Of a stretch of DNA of 64,000 nucleotides, positions 26,258 through 35,869 are shown in pieces. The notes beneath the pieces were generated by a model. That model was not told the origin of the DNA. It was given only the letters and a program-made list of their open reading frames with translations, and made no database searches. A program made the translations under genes and the position numbers. How positions within the stretch are numbered: the first letter of the stretch is position 1; every line of letters starts with the position of its first letter. Source of the stretch: an uncultured Anaerolineales bacterium (GTDB taxonomy: Bacteria > Planctomycetota > Phycisphaerae > FEN-1346); NCBI GenBank assembly GCA_964461715.1, contig CAYWVR010000011.1:11289-75288 (forward strand). The letters run 5' to 3'.

Positions 26258-27412
26258 CTAACAGACCCGGTTCTGCATCCGGAAATCGGTGGGCGTCATG
26301 CCCGTCTCGCGCTTGAAAATCTGAGAGAGGATCTGGGCGCGGCGGAAGCCGGACCGCTCGGCCACCGCGGGCATGGGAAGGTCCGTCTCCACCAGTATCT
26401 GCCGTGCACGCTCCAGGTGAACCCGCCGGATCTCGTCGCGCGGCGATCGCTGGAGCTTCTCGCGGAACCGTCGCTCCAGGCTCCGACGCGACACGCCCGC
26501 GGCCGTCACCACGTCCGGCACGTCGATGGGGTGGCCGGCGTGCTCGCGGATGTAGCGCAGCGCCTCGACGACCGCCTCGTCCTCGACGGCCATGACGTCG
26601 GTCGACGGGCGGGCGATGACCCCCATCGGGGCGAACGTGACCGGCTTCTTCGGGGCGGCCTTGCCCTTCCACAAGCGGGCCAGCATCGCCGCCGCCTCGT
26701 ACCCGATCTTCTCGAGCGGCTGGACCACGCTCGAGAGGGGCGGCAGGGCCAACTCGCACATGACCGGGTCGTTGTCCACGCCGAGCACCGCCACGTCCTC
26801 CGGCACCTGGAGGTCGGCTCGGCGGCAGGCCTCCAGCACGTCGAAGGCCCGCACGTCGTTGCAGGCCATCAGGGCCACCGGCTTCTGGAGCGACCCGAGC
26901 CACGCCACCAGGCTCTCCTGCTCCTTCTCCAGCGTCCAGTCCGTGCCGGGCACGTGCGGCTCGGCGTAGGACTCGACCGTGCAGCCCAGCTCGCGGATGC
27001 GGGCCTCGAAGCCCTGTTGCCGCCCCGCGGACATGCCCAGGCCCTGGTACCCGCAGAACGCGAAGCGCTCGAAGCCGCGGGCCTTGAAATGGTCGGCGCC
27101 GACCCGGCCGATGGCGTGGCCGTCGCTGATGACCCGCGGAAGCCGCCCGTCCGGGGCGGAGGCCGAGACGTTCACCGCCGGGACGCCCTTCTCGATCGCC
27201 GCGTCGACGACCTCGGCGTGGTGCGTCTGGAGGAGGAACCCGTCGGGGTCCCAGTCGCGAATCCAGCCCAGCCGCGGGCGGTACCCGTGGAGCTGAATAG
27301 ACAGGGCCCAGGGCCCGTGGGTCCGGCTGTACTGAGCGATACCTCGCATCAGGCCCCGCCCGTAGGCGTCGCCGGCGGCAATGAACAGGCCCACGCGCTT
27401 CAGGTCAGCCAT
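26258..27412 (-). CDS. XylR-like transcriptional regulator (sugar-binding domain + AraC-family HTH)
   Basis: N-terminal PBP-like domain; C-terminal AraC HTH (YIREHAGHPIDVPDVVTAAGVSRRSLERRF...ERSGFRRAQILSQIFKRETGMTPTDFR). CAT 27410-27412 is preceded on the minus strand by GGAGG. Confidence 0.8.
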   Translation of the reverse strand: MADLKRVGLFIAAGDAYGRGLMRGIAQYSRTHGPWALSIQLHGYRPRLGWIRDWDPDGFLLQTHHAEVVDAAIEKGVPAVNVSASAPDGRLPRVISDGHAIGRVGADHFKARGFERFAFCGYQGLGMSAGRQQGFEARIRELGCTVESYAEPHVPGTDWTLEKEQESLVAWLGSLQKPVALMACNDVRAFDVLEACRRADLQVPEDVAVLGVDNDPVMCELALPPLSSVVQPLEKIGYEAAAMLARLWKGKAAPKKPVTFAPMGVIARPSTDVMAVEDEAVVEALRYIREHAGHPIDVPDVVTAAGVSRRSLERRFREKLQRSPRDEIRRVHLERARQILVETDLPMPAVAERSGFRRAQILSQIFKRETGMTPTDFRMQNRVC

Positions 27413-27757
27413 GATTTGTGCCTCCATCGAGTGCGCAAGGTCGCATCATACCGCGTGACGGTTTTGCCGCAAAAGAAGAAAACTTCTGCGCATAAACTTA
27501 TTGTCCCCGGCCCGCCCGGGCGTCGACAATAGGGTCGCCCCGATCCCAGCAGCGCAAGGGGCGGAGCGGGCGGTCCATGCGGCCGCCCGCTCGCTTTCCC
27601 GGCCTGTCCCGGGAAGGCCGGGCTATGCAGGGCAAGCCATCGCGGCGGCGAAACGGACCCGGGGGCCTGCGGGCGCTCAAGGGGCCGGTCGGCACTTTCA
27701 TGCGCCGCCCCGGTCGGTATAATGGCCGCTTCACCCGACCGGCCGGGGGAGGATGCG

Positions 27758-28489
27758 ATGACCCGACGCCAAGCCGTCCTGATGCTCGTCCTCGGCGGCG
27801 CCCTTGCCGGCGCCCTGGTTCTCGTGTACGTTCTCGCGCTGCCGGCCGAGGTCGCCTGGTCGACGAACCGGGTCCTCCATCACGCCTGGCAGGCCGTCGT
27901 GGCCCTGGCCGGGGCGGGCGGGGCCGTCTGGAGCCTCTGGCCCCGCGCCAAGGCCCGCCGCCGCGACGTCGAACGCGAGCGGACCCGCCGCCGGGCCATT
28001 GCCTTCGCGGGCGTCGTCGTGGCCGCAGTGCTCTTGGTGATCCTCGTCGAGCCGTGGCGCGACTCGTGGACGCGGGACTTCCTCGATCGGACCGCCTCGA
28101 GCGACCTGGTGACCATCGGCGACGCCCTCCGCCGCTACGGGACCGACCACGAGGACGCCGACCCGCCGACGCTGGCGGCCCTCGTGCCGGCGTACCTGGA
28201 GCGGGAGGCCCTGTACTACGCCTATCGCGAGGGACCGTGGGAGGCCCCGCCGCCGCCGCACGACGCCGCGCTTCGCCCGAGCTACGTCCTGGCCCCGGCC
28301 CTGAAACCCGACCGGGGCGACAAGCCCCGCGAGACGCGCATCCTCGTCTACCTCCGTCCCGGGCAGGCCTGGTCGCCCATGACGATCCTCCTGGACCGCG
28401 ACGGCGCAATCCACCTGCGGGGCGAGGATATCGTGGAGGTGTTCGAGGAGCAGTTGGCGGATCAGGAGCAGGACGGGCCGCCAAAATGA
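27758..28489 (+). CDS. hypothetical membrane protein (2-3 TM helices)
   Basis: ATG 27758 follows GGGGGAGG. A candidate -10 TATAAT at 27716-27721 would place the upstream ATG 27722 before the TSS. Hydrophobic helices (AVLMLVLGGALAGALVLVYVLAL; AIAFAGVVVAAVLLVILV). No known family. Confidence 0.4.
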   Translation: MTRRQAVLMLVLGGALAGALVLVYVLALPAEVAWSTNRVLHHAWQAVVALAGAGGAVWSLWPRAKARRRDVERERTRRRAIAFAGVVVAAVLLVILVEPWRDSWTRDFLDRTASSDLVTIGDALRRYGTDHEDADPPTLAALVPAYLEREALYYAYREGPWEAPPPPHDAALRPSYVLAPALKPDRGDKPRETRILVYLRPGQAWSPMTILLDRDGAIHLRGEDIVEVFEEQLADQEQDGPPK

Positions 28490-28512
28490 CGCGGGCCGGG
28501 CCGAAGCGTTCG

Positions 28513-30339
28513 TTATTCGGGCTTCGTCATGGTTTCGTCATTCGGGTTTCGGGCGTTGTCATTCCGGCCTGAGGGCACGTCGCCGCCCGCCTCGTCTCCC
28601 TCGCCCCGCAGCCGCGCGATCGCCTGGCGGGCCTCCTCGGCGGCCTTCGTGTTCGGGTAGACGTTGAGGACGCCCTGGTAGGCGGTGATCTGGTTGAGGA
28701 TGTCGTCGGTCGCCCCCTCGTAGCGGCGGGCCTCCTCGAGCTTGATCTGCGCGTTCTCCTCCATGAGGTCGCGCGGTGACTCGGTCGGCGTCTCGGGGGG
28801 CCTCTGCGTCGGCGTCTCGGGGGGCTTCTGCGTTGGCGTCTCTGGGGGCCTCTGCGTTGGCGTCTCTGGGGGCCTCTGCGTCGGCGTCTCGGCCGGGGTT
28901 TGCGGCGGGGTTTCGATGGGCGTCTCGGGGGGCGTCTCGGGACCATCGCCGGGCGTGACGACGGCGCTCAATCCGCCCTTTGGGGCCAGGACATAGGCCA
29001 CCACCGCCGCCGCCCCCACCAGCGCCAGCGCCGCCGCCACGATCAGCGCCACGAGCCGCCATCCCGAGAGCCATCGTCGCGGCTTCGCGTCTTCCTCGTT
29101 CGCCTTCGCCGAGGCGGCCGTCAGCCGCACCCGCTGGCTCCGCCGCACGGCCCGGCCCAGGGCCCGCGACAGGTGCGACCCGCGGTCCTCCGGGGCGATG
29201 CGCCCGAGCTGCGAGCTCAGGGCCTGCGGCGTCGGGGTGCCCGACTCGTCCGTGGCGCTGAAATCCAGCCGGTCCAGCATCTCGACAAATTCCTCGGCCG
29301 TCACGTACCGGTCCTCCGGCAGCTTGGCCATGGCCTTCTGGAAGAACCGGAAGACGGCCACGGGCAGCGTCGGCACGTGCCTGCGCGGGTCGGGGACGGG
29401 GGCCTGGACGTGCATCCGCATCATCTGCCGGTCGTTCTCGGCGTCGAACGGGGCCCGCCCCGTCAGCAGCACGTAATACGTCGCGGCCAGGGAGTAGAGG
29501 TCGCTGGCGGCGGTGGGCTCCTCGCCGAGGGCCTGCTCGGGGGCCATGTACCGGGGCGTGCCGAGGCTGTGGCCCGGGCCGACGATGTCGTGGCCCTGCA
29601 GGACGTCGCGGGCCAGGCCGAAGTCGCTGACCTTGACCTGCCCGTCGTTGGTCATCATGATGTTGCCGGGCTTGATATCCCGATGGATCACGCCGCGCTT
29701 GTGCGCGTGGGCCAGGCCCTCCGCCGCCACCCGGATGATCCGCGTCGCCTCCGCCGGGCGGAACCGCTTCTGCACGGCCAGGAACTCGTGCAGGGCCCCC
29801 CCGTCGACCAGCTCCATGACGATGTAGAACGTGTCCTCGTAGGGCACGATCTGGTGGATGGTGACGATGTTCGGGTGCGAGAGCTTCGCGGCGCTTCGGG
29901 CCTCCCGCAGGAACCGGTTGATCAGCCGCTCGCCCTCCTTCGCCAGCTTGGGCGGCAGCATCTTCAGGGCGACCGACCGCTCCAGGCTCACGTCGAACGC
30001 CCGGTACACGACGCCGAACCCGCCCGTTCCGATGCGGCTCTGGATGCGAAAGCCGTTGACGTCCGCCCCCACGAGGGGATCGCTGACGTCCTCGCGCGGC
30101 GTGGGGACGGGACGGACGGGGGCGGGGGGACGCTCGGGAGCGGGGGGGGCCTTCGCACCGGCGGGGGGCGAAGGGGCGGCCTGCGCCGGGGACTTCCGAT
30201 CACGCGCCCGGGCCGGCGTCCAGCGGTGCCCACACGAGCGGCACACCACCTCCGTCTCGGCCAGGTCCTTGTGGATCTTGTACCCGACGTGACACTGCGG
30301 GCACGCCAGCAGCAGATAGCCCGTTTGACCTTCCGCCAT
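28513..30339 (-). CDS. Ser/Thr protein kinase with N-terminal zinc ribbon, TM segment, PT-repeat linker and C-terminal TPR-like domain
   Basis: Start MAEGQTGYLLLACPQCH...CRSCGH is a CxxC...CxxC zinc ribbon; CAT 30337-30339. Kinase motifs GTGGFGVVYRA, HRDIKPGNIMM, DFGLA, APEQ. TM helix LVALIVAAALALVGAAAVVAYVLA. (ETPTQRPP)n repeat, then a C-terminal helical region. The ORF-track extension to 30882 is rejected. Confidence 0.85.
   Translation of the reverse strand: MAEGQTGYLLLACPQCHVGYKIHKDLAETEVVCRSCGHRWTPARARDRKSPAQAAPSPPAGAKAPPAPERPPAPVRPVPTPREDVSDPLVGADVNGFRIQSRIGTGGFGVVYRAFDVSLERSVALKMLPPKLAKEGERLINRFLREARSAAKLSHPNIVTIHQIVPYEDTFYIVMELVDGGALHEFLAVQKRFRPAEATRIIRVAAEGLAHAHKRGVIHRDIKPGNIMMTNDGQVKVSDFGLARDVLQGHDIVGPGHSLGTPRYMAPEQALGEEPTAASDLYSLAATYYVLLTGRAPFDAENDRQMMRMHVQAPVPDPRRHVPTLPVAVFRFFQKAMAKLPEDRYVTAEEFVEMLDRLDFSATDESGTPTPQALSSQLGRIAPEDRGSHLSRALGRAVRRSQRVRLTAASAKANEEDAKPRRWLSGWRLVALIVAAALALVGAAAVVAYVLAPKGGLSAVVTPGDGPETPPETPIETPPQTPAETPTQRPPETPTQRPPETPTQKPPETPTQRPPETPTESPRDLMEENAQIKLEEARRYEGATDDILNQITAYQGVLNVYPNTKAAEEARQAIARLRGEGDEAGGDVPSGRNDNARNPNDETMTKPE
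28787..28906 (-). repeat. in-frame 24-bp tandem repeat (x5) encoding the (P)ETPTQRPP linker of the kinase
   Basis: Plus-strand units cggcgtctcggggggcctctgcgt at 28787, 28811, 28835, 28859 and a degenerate copy at 28883. It is coding, not a CRISPR array. Confidence 0.8.
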
Positions 30340-30610
30340 GCGCGTTCGCCTGGACCGGGGTTCCGTGCGGCCGCGATAGGAGTGGTACAAGCTCGCACCA
30401 GCACCGGCCGCCACCCAGCATTCTACGTGCCTTTGGGGTCCGGTCAAACAGAAACGCTCAAGGCACGGTGAATACACGAACCCCGCCCGCGTACCCGACG
30501 ATGACCGAGCCGCGCGAAAAGGTTTGCAGCCGCGCCGATGGGGGACTAGGATTCTGTCAGGCGCGGGCCGCCCCGCGCTCTCCTCGGTCCCGGAGACGGG
30601 AGACGCTGCC

Positions 30611-31264
30611 ATGCTCGAGTGGTGGAACGCCCTGACCACGGCGAACCAGATGTTCTTCGGCATCGCCGCCTTCTTCTCGGTCCTGTTTGTCTGGCAGTTC
30701 ATCATGACGCTGATTGGCCTGGCCGGCCACGAGGCCGACTTCGAGGCCGAGGCCGCCGACGCCGACCTGGCCGCCGACGTCGACGCGGCCGACGCGGCCG
30801 ACGCGGGAGATTTCGATGCCGCCGACACGGCCATGAGCTTCCGGCTCCTCTCGTTCCGCTCGGTCATCACGGGCGGGCTCATGTTCGGCTGGGCCGGGTC
30901 CCTCTACCTTTACAGCGGGGTGCCCCTGGAGCCGGCCCTCCTCTACGCCATCAGCTGGGCCGTCGCCGGGGCCCTGATCATCGCGGTGCTCCTTTACTTC
31001 ATGCGACGGCTCCAGGAGACCGGCACGCCGCGCCTCGCCACCTGTCTCGGCAAGCCCGCCACGGTCTACATGGACATCCCGAAGGACGGGGCGGGCCGCA
31101 TCCGCACCGTCGTCTCGGGGGCCCTGAGTTTCGTGGCGGCCCGGGGGGCGGGCGGCAAGGCGATCCGGGCCGGGACGCCCGTGCGCGTGCGACGGCTCCT
31201 CGATACCCACACGGTCGAGGTCGACACGGTTCCCGACGACACGAAGGAGACCCCCGATGCATGA
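30611..31264 (+). CDS. NfeD-like membrane protein (short form, flotillin-associated)
   Basis: ATG 30611. Two N-terminal TM helices, an acidic linker and a C-terminal OB-fold-like segment (GKPATVYMDIPKDGAGRIRTVVSGALSFVAARGAGGKAIRAGTPVRVRRL). Its stop overlaps the flotillin start. Confidence 0.7.
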   Translation: MLEWWNALTTANQMFFGIAAFFSVLFVWQFIMTLIGLAGHEADFEAEAADADLAADVDAADAADAGDFDAADTAMSFRLLSFRSVITGGLMFGWAGSLYLYSGVPLEPALLYAISWAVAGALIIAVLLYFMRRLQETGTPRLATCLGKPATVYMDIPKDGAGRIRTVVSGALSFVAARGAGGKAIRAGTPVRVRRLLDTHTVEVDTVPDDTKETPDA

Positions 31265-32744
31265 GCTGCCCGCCGCCCTCGCGATGTCCCCGCCCGGAGA
31301 GAACGAGCTTCCCACCGGCCTCATCCTCGCGATTATCCTGGCCGTCGCCGCCCTGGCGCTGCTGCTCTTCATCGCGCGGATCTACCGCCGGTGCCCGTCG
31401 AACAAGATTCTCGTCATCTACGGAAAGACCGGCCGCGGGGCCGCCAAGTGCATCCACGGCGGCGCGGCGCTCGTGTGGCCCTTGATCCAGGCATGCCAGT
31501 ACCTGGACCTCGAGCCGTTCGTCGTGCCGATCGACCTGAAGAGCGCCCTGTCGCAGGAGAACATCCGCGTCTCGGTGCCGACGACCGTGACGGCGGCGAT
31601 CTCGAACGACGCCGCCCTGATGACCAACGCCGCCGTCCGCCTCCTCTCCATGAGCCGCGCCGAGATCGAGCGCCAAGCCGAGGACATCATCCTCGGGCAG
31701 ATGCGCGCCGTCATCGCCACGATGAAGATCGAGGAGATCAACCGGGACCGCCAGGCCTTCATGGCCAAGGTCAACGACGCGGTCTCGACCGAGCTGGAGA
31801 AGATCGGCCTCGCGGTCATCAACGTCAACATCAAGGACATCACCGACGAGTCCGCTTACATCGAGGCCATCGGCAAGAAGGCGGCCTCCGAGGCCGTCAA
31901 CCAGGCCCTCATCGACGTGGCCGAGCAGGACCGCCGCGGCAAGACGGGCGTGGCCGAGCGCGAGCGCGACCAGCGCAAGGCCGTCGCCGCCGCCAACGCC
32001 GACGCCGAGATCGGCGAGGCCACCGCCGCCCGCGATCGCCGCATCCAGGTCGCCAGCCTCGACGCCGAGGCCGTCGAGCAGGAAACCGAAGCCGAGGGCA
32101 AAAAGGCCAGCTACCGGGCCGGCCAGCGCGTGGCCGAGGAAGAGGCCCGCCAGAAGGGCGAGTCCGCCGCCCGCGGGGCCGACGGCGCCATCCGCGTCGC
32201 CGAACAGAACGCCCAGCGCGAGGCCGAGCGGGCCCGCGCCGCCCGCGAGGAGGCCCGCCTCAAGGCCGAGCGCATCGTCCCCGCCGAGGCCGACCGCCAG
32301 CAGGTCGTCATCGAGTCCGAGGCCGAGAAGGCCAAACGCCGACTCGTCGCCGAGGGCGAGGCCGAGGCCATCCTCGTCAAAATGCAGGCCGAGGCCGAAG
32401 GCACTCAGGCCGTCCTCCAGGCCAAGGCCGACGGATACCGGGCCCTCGTCGAAGGCGCCGCCCGCGACCCGCAGGCCGCCGCGGCCTTGCTCCTCATCGA
32501 AAAATTCGAACAGATCGCCCGGGTCCAGGCCCAGGCCATCCAGAACCTGCCGCTGGAGAAGGTCATCGTCTGGGACGGCGGGGGAAAGGGCGGCGACGGA
32601 GGCCTGGCGGGCCTTGGCAAACGCCTCATGGGCGCCCTCCCGCCCATGCACCAGCTCGCCGGCATGGTCGGCCTCGAACTGCCCGACTACCTCGGCAACA
32701 TCCGCGGCCGCAATGCCGACGAGGATCGGCCGAAACCCGAGTAG
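31257..32744 (+). CDS. flotillin-like SPFH/band-7 protein
   Basis: ATG 31257 follows AAGGAG. TM segment, SPFH domain, then a long Ala/Glu/Arg coiled-coil (EAEGKKASYRAGQRVAEEEARQKGE...) typical of FloT/YuaG. Confidence 0.85.
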   Translation: MHELPAALAMSPPGENELPTGLILAIILAVAALALLLFIARIYRRCPSNKILVIYGKTGRGAAKCIHGGAALVWPLIQACQYLDLEPFVVPIDLKSALSQENIRVSVPTTVTAAISNDAALMTNAAVRLLSMSRAEIERQAEDIILGQMRAVIATMKIEEINRDRQAFMAKVNDAVSTELEKIGLAVINVNIKDITDESAYIEAIGKKAASEAVNQALIDVAEQDRRGKTGVAERERDQRKAVAAANADAEIGEATAARDRRIQVASLDAEAVEQETEAEGKKASYRAGQRVAEEEARQKGESAARGADGAIRVAEQNAQREAERARAAREEARLKAERIVPAEADRQQVVIESEAEKAKRRLVAEGEAEAILVKMQAEAEGTQAVLQAKADGYRALVEGAARDPQAAAALLLIEKFEQIARVQAQAIQNLPLEKVIVWDGGGKGGDGGLAGLGKRLMGALPPMHQLAGMVGLELPDYLGNIRGRNADEDRPKPE

Positions 32745-32809
32745 CCGCTCGGCCCTCCGCGCTACTCCCATCTCGATGAAGGGCGTGAAAGATGCGGGTT
32801 CGCGGGCGC

Positions 32810-33406
32810 CTAAAGGATGCCCTTGGTGCTCGGGGGACCGGAGACGCGGGGGTCGCGGGAAACGGCGACGCGAAGGGCCCGCGCGAGGCCTTTGAAGACC
32901 GCCTCGGCGATGTGGTGATCGTTCGTGCCGTACGGCACGTTGACGTGCAGCGTGAGGCGTCCGTGGCTGGCGAGGGCCTGGAGGAACTCCTCGACGAGCT
33001 CCGTCTCGAACTCGCCGACCCGCTCGCCCGGGAACGTGACCCGATACACCAGGTACGGCCGCCCCGAGAGGTCCACCGTCACCTCCGCCAGGGCCTCGTC
33101 CATGGGCACGGCGACCGAGGCGAACCGCGTGACGCCCGCCTTGCCCCCGAGGGCCTTTTCGAGGGCCTGGCCGAGGCAGATGCCCACGTCCTCGACCGTG
33201 TGATGCAGGTCGACCCGGGTGTCGCCTTCGGCCTCCACCGCCAGGTCGAACCCCGCGTGCCGCGCCAGAAGGTCGAGCATGTGATTGAGAAAGCCCACGG
33301 GAGACGTGATCCGGGCCTCTCCGGTCCCGTCCAGGGCCAGGGAGAGGGCGATGCGGGTCTCGGCGGTCTCGCGTCGGATCTCGGCAGTGCGGGGGGCGTT
33401 GCTCAT
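32810..33406 (-). CDS. hisB: imidazoleglycerol-phosphate dehydratase
   Basis: RTAEIRRETAETRI...DLHHTVEDVGI...DHHIAEAVFKGLARAL are IGPD signature motifs. CAT 33404-33406 is preceded on the minus strand by AAGGAG. Confidence 0.9.
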   Translation of the reverse strand: MSNAPRTAEIRRETAETRIALSLALDGTGEARITSPVGFLNHMLDLLARHAGFDLAVEAEGDTRVDLHHTVEDVGICLGQALEKALGGKAGVTRFASVAVPMDEALAEVTVDLSGRPYLVYRVTFPGERVGEFETELVEEFLQALASHGRLTLHVNVPYGTNDHHIAEAVFKGLARALRVAVSRDPRVSGPPSTKGIL

Positions 33407-34467
33407 GGGGCGGTCTCCTTCGCGCACGCGGCCAGGGCCGCCAGGAGGCGGTCGTTCTCCTCTGGGCGGCCGACGGTGATGCGGAGCTTGTCGTCGAGCC
33501 GGGGCTGGTTCCAGTATCGGACGAGCACCCCGGCCGCCTTCACCCGTTCGTACCAGTCCCGCCCGTCGCCGCCGGGCACGGTGGCCAGGAGGAAGTTGGC
33601 CCGGGAGGGGCTCACCTCCAGGCCGAGGTCCTGCAGGGCGCGCGTCAGCCGCTCCCGCTCCGCCACCACCTTCTCGACCGTCTCCCGCGTGTACGGGTAG
33701 TCCTCAAGGGCCGCGGCGGCCACTTCGATAGTCACGGCGTCGATGTTGTAGGAATCCTTGACCTTCGCAAGGCCCCCGATCAGCTCGCGCGTCCCGACGG
33801 CGTACCCCAGCCGCAGACCCGCCAGGCTGTAGGACTTCGAGAGCGTTCGCAGGACGAGGACGTTCGCCATGCCGCGCACCGCCGCAATGGCCGAGGCGGG
33901 GGCGAAATCGGCGTAGGCCTCGTCCACAACCACCAGCCCCTCGAACCGCCGCGCGACGTCCGCGACCGCCCGAGGCTCCAGCCAGACGCCCGTGGGGGCG
34001 TTCGGGTTGCAGAGGAGCAGGACCTTGGCCCCGCTCTCGAGGAGGGCCTCCCGGGGTATGCGGAAACCCTCCGGGCTCGGGATTTCGACCGTCCGGGCCC
34101 GCTGGATGGCCGCGAGGACGGGGTAGAGCGAGTAGGTGGGCGTGGGGTACGCGACGAGGTCGCCCTCGTCGAGGAAGGCCCGGAAGATCATCGTCAGGAG
34201 CTCATCGGAGCCGTTTCCGCAGAGGACCTCGTCTCGATCGGCGTCCCAGAGCCGGGCCGCCGCGTCGCGGACCTTGTTGGCGTAGGGGTCGGGATAGCGG
34301 CGGAGGCGCGCAACCCAATCCGTCTCTCGTAGGGCCGCCAGAGCCTTCGGGGAGGGCGGATAGGGGTTCTCGTTGGTGTTGAGCTTGATGACGGGCGAAT
34401 CAGGGGGGGGCTGCTCGCCCGGCACGTAAGCCGACAGCCGCTCGACGCTTTTGCGGAGGTAGCTCAT
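33403..34467 (-). CDS. hisC: histidinol-phosphate aminotransferase
   Basis: IKLNTNENPYPPSP and LRTLSKSYSLAGLRLGY (PLP lysine motif); 354 aa. It overlaps hisB by 4 nt, consistent with translational coupling. The ORF-track extension to 35226 is rejected. Confidence 0.9.
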   Translation of the reverse strand: MSYLRKSVERLSAYVPGEQPPPDSPVIKLNTNENPYPPSPKALAALRETDWVARLRRYPDPYANKVRDAAARLWDADRDEVLCGNGSDELLTMIFRAFLDEGDLVAYPTPTYSLYPVLAAIQRARTVEIPSPEGFRIPREALLESGAKVLLLCNPNAPTGVWLEPRAVADVARRFEGLVVVDEAYADFAPASAIAAVRGMANVLVLRTLSKSYSLAGLRLGYAVGTRELIGGLAKVKDSYNIDAVTIEVAAAALEDYPYTRETVEKVVAERERLTRALQDLGLEVSPSRANFLLATVPGGDGRDWYERVKAAGVLVRYWNQPRLDDKLRITVGRPEENDRLLAALAACAKETAP

Positions 34468-35789
34468 CGGTCCGTCTCGAGCCGCTTGCGGACGCTCTCG
34501 GCGTGGGCCGTGAGGCCCTCGACCTCCGCGAGGCGCAGGATGTCCGGGGCGTCGGCCTCCAGGGCCTCGGCGTCGTACTCGATGACGCTCATCGTGCGGA
34601 CGAAGTCGTTCGCCGTCAGCCCGCTCGCCCAGCGTGCCGTGCCGCCCGTCGGAAGGGTGTGGCTGGGCCCGGCGACATAATCGCCGACGGCAACGGGCGT
34701 CCAGGTTCCCAGGAAGACGGCCCCCGCGCATCGGATCTCGCGCAGAAGGCCCTCCGGGTCGGCCGTCACGATCTGGAGGTGCTCCGGGGCGAAGGCGTTC
34801 GTCAGGCGGGCCGCCTCGTCCATGTTCCCCGCCACGACCAGGGCACTGTACTTCTCGAGGGCCTCCCGGGTGGCCTCGGCCCGGTCGAGCCGGTCGACCT
34901 GGGCCTTGATCTCCTCGGCGACCGCGTCGGCGAGGGCGGCGTCGGGGGTGATGAGGACCGCGGAACCGGGGTCGTGCTCGGCCTGGGAGAGCATGTCCGC
35001 CGCCACCAGAAGCGGATCGGCCGTCCCGTCCGCCAAAACCACCACCTCGCTGGGCCCGGCGAGGCTGTCGATGTCGCAGATGCCGTAGACGAGCTTCTTG
35101 GCCAAGGTGACGTAGAGGTTCCCGGGTCCCGCCACCTTGTCGACGGGCCGGACCGTCTCCGTGCCGTAGGCGAACGCCGCGATGCTGGGCGTCCCTCCCA
35201 TGCGATAGACCTCCTCGACGCCGCACACGCGGCAGACGGCGAGGATGCCGGGGTGGATGTCACCGTCGGCCGAGGGGAGCGAGGCCACGGCCACCTCCGG
35301 CACGCCCGCCGCCAGGGCGGGCACAACCGTCATGAGCATTGAGGAGGGGTAGAAGGCCTTCCATCCGGGCGCCCGGCAGCCCACGCGGGCCAGCGGCCGG
35401 ACCACCTGCCGGAGCCGGCGCCCGTCGCACAGGAGCGGCTCGGTGTCGCGGACCAGAATCCGCCGCTGGAACTCCCGGATACGGTCGCGGACCCGCGTGA
35501 CGGTCTCGATGAACTCGGGCGGCTGGTCGCGGTAGGCGGCCTCGATGGTCTCCGGCGGCACCCGGAGGCCCTCGGGCGTCAGATCGGACCCGTCGAAGCG
35601 GTTGGTCCACTCGCAGACCGCGGCGTCGCCTCGCTCGCGGACGTCGTCGAGGACGCGGCGGACGTCGTCCTCGGCGTCGGCGACGCGGCCACCGCCCGAG
35701 ACCATGCCCTGCTCGGCCCCCAAGGCCGCACGCAGAGCCTCCCAGGCCCGGCGGCCGGCGTCGGTGCGAGTGTCGATGCGGCGGATCAT
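34464..35789 (-). CDS. hisD: histidinol dehydrogenase
   Basis: SQAEHD, the GPSHTLPTGGTARW region and other HisD hallmarks. Start MIRRIDTR at CAT 35787-35789. Overlaps hisC by 4 nt. Confidence 0.9.
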   Translation of the reverse strand: MIRRIDTRTDAGRRAWEALRAALGAEQGMVSGGGRVADAEDDVRRVLDDVRERGDAAVCEWTNRFDGSDLTPEGLRVPPETIEAAYRDQPPEFIETVTRVRDRIREFQRRILVRDTEPLLCDGRRLRQVVRPLARVGCRAPGWKAFYPSSMLMTVVPALAAGVPEVAVASLPSADGDIHPGILAVCRVCGVEEVYRMGGTPSIAAFAYGTETVRPVDKVAGPGNLYVTLAKKLVYGICDIDSLAGPSEVVVLADGTADPLLVAADMLSQAEHDPGSAVLITPDAALADAVAEEIKAQVDRLDRAEATREALEKYSALVVAGNMDEAARLTNAFAPEHLQIVTADPEGLLREIRCAGAVFLGTWTPVAVGDYVAGPSHTLPTGGTARWASGLTANDFVRTMSVIEYDAEALEADAPDILRLAEVEGLTAHAESVRKRLETDR

Positions 35790-35869
35790 GGGCCTGTCCC
35801 CGTGCGGCGCATTCCAAGGGGGGATTATAGGCGGGCCGGGGGGCGATGCAACCGGATTCGAGCGGTCGT

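Noticed and set aside
28787-28906. Possible CRISPR-like array of 24-bp direct repeats
   Set aside because: The repeats are contiguous with no spacers and are in frame within the kinase gene, where they encode ETPTQRPP units. They are a coding tandem repeat, not a CRISPR.
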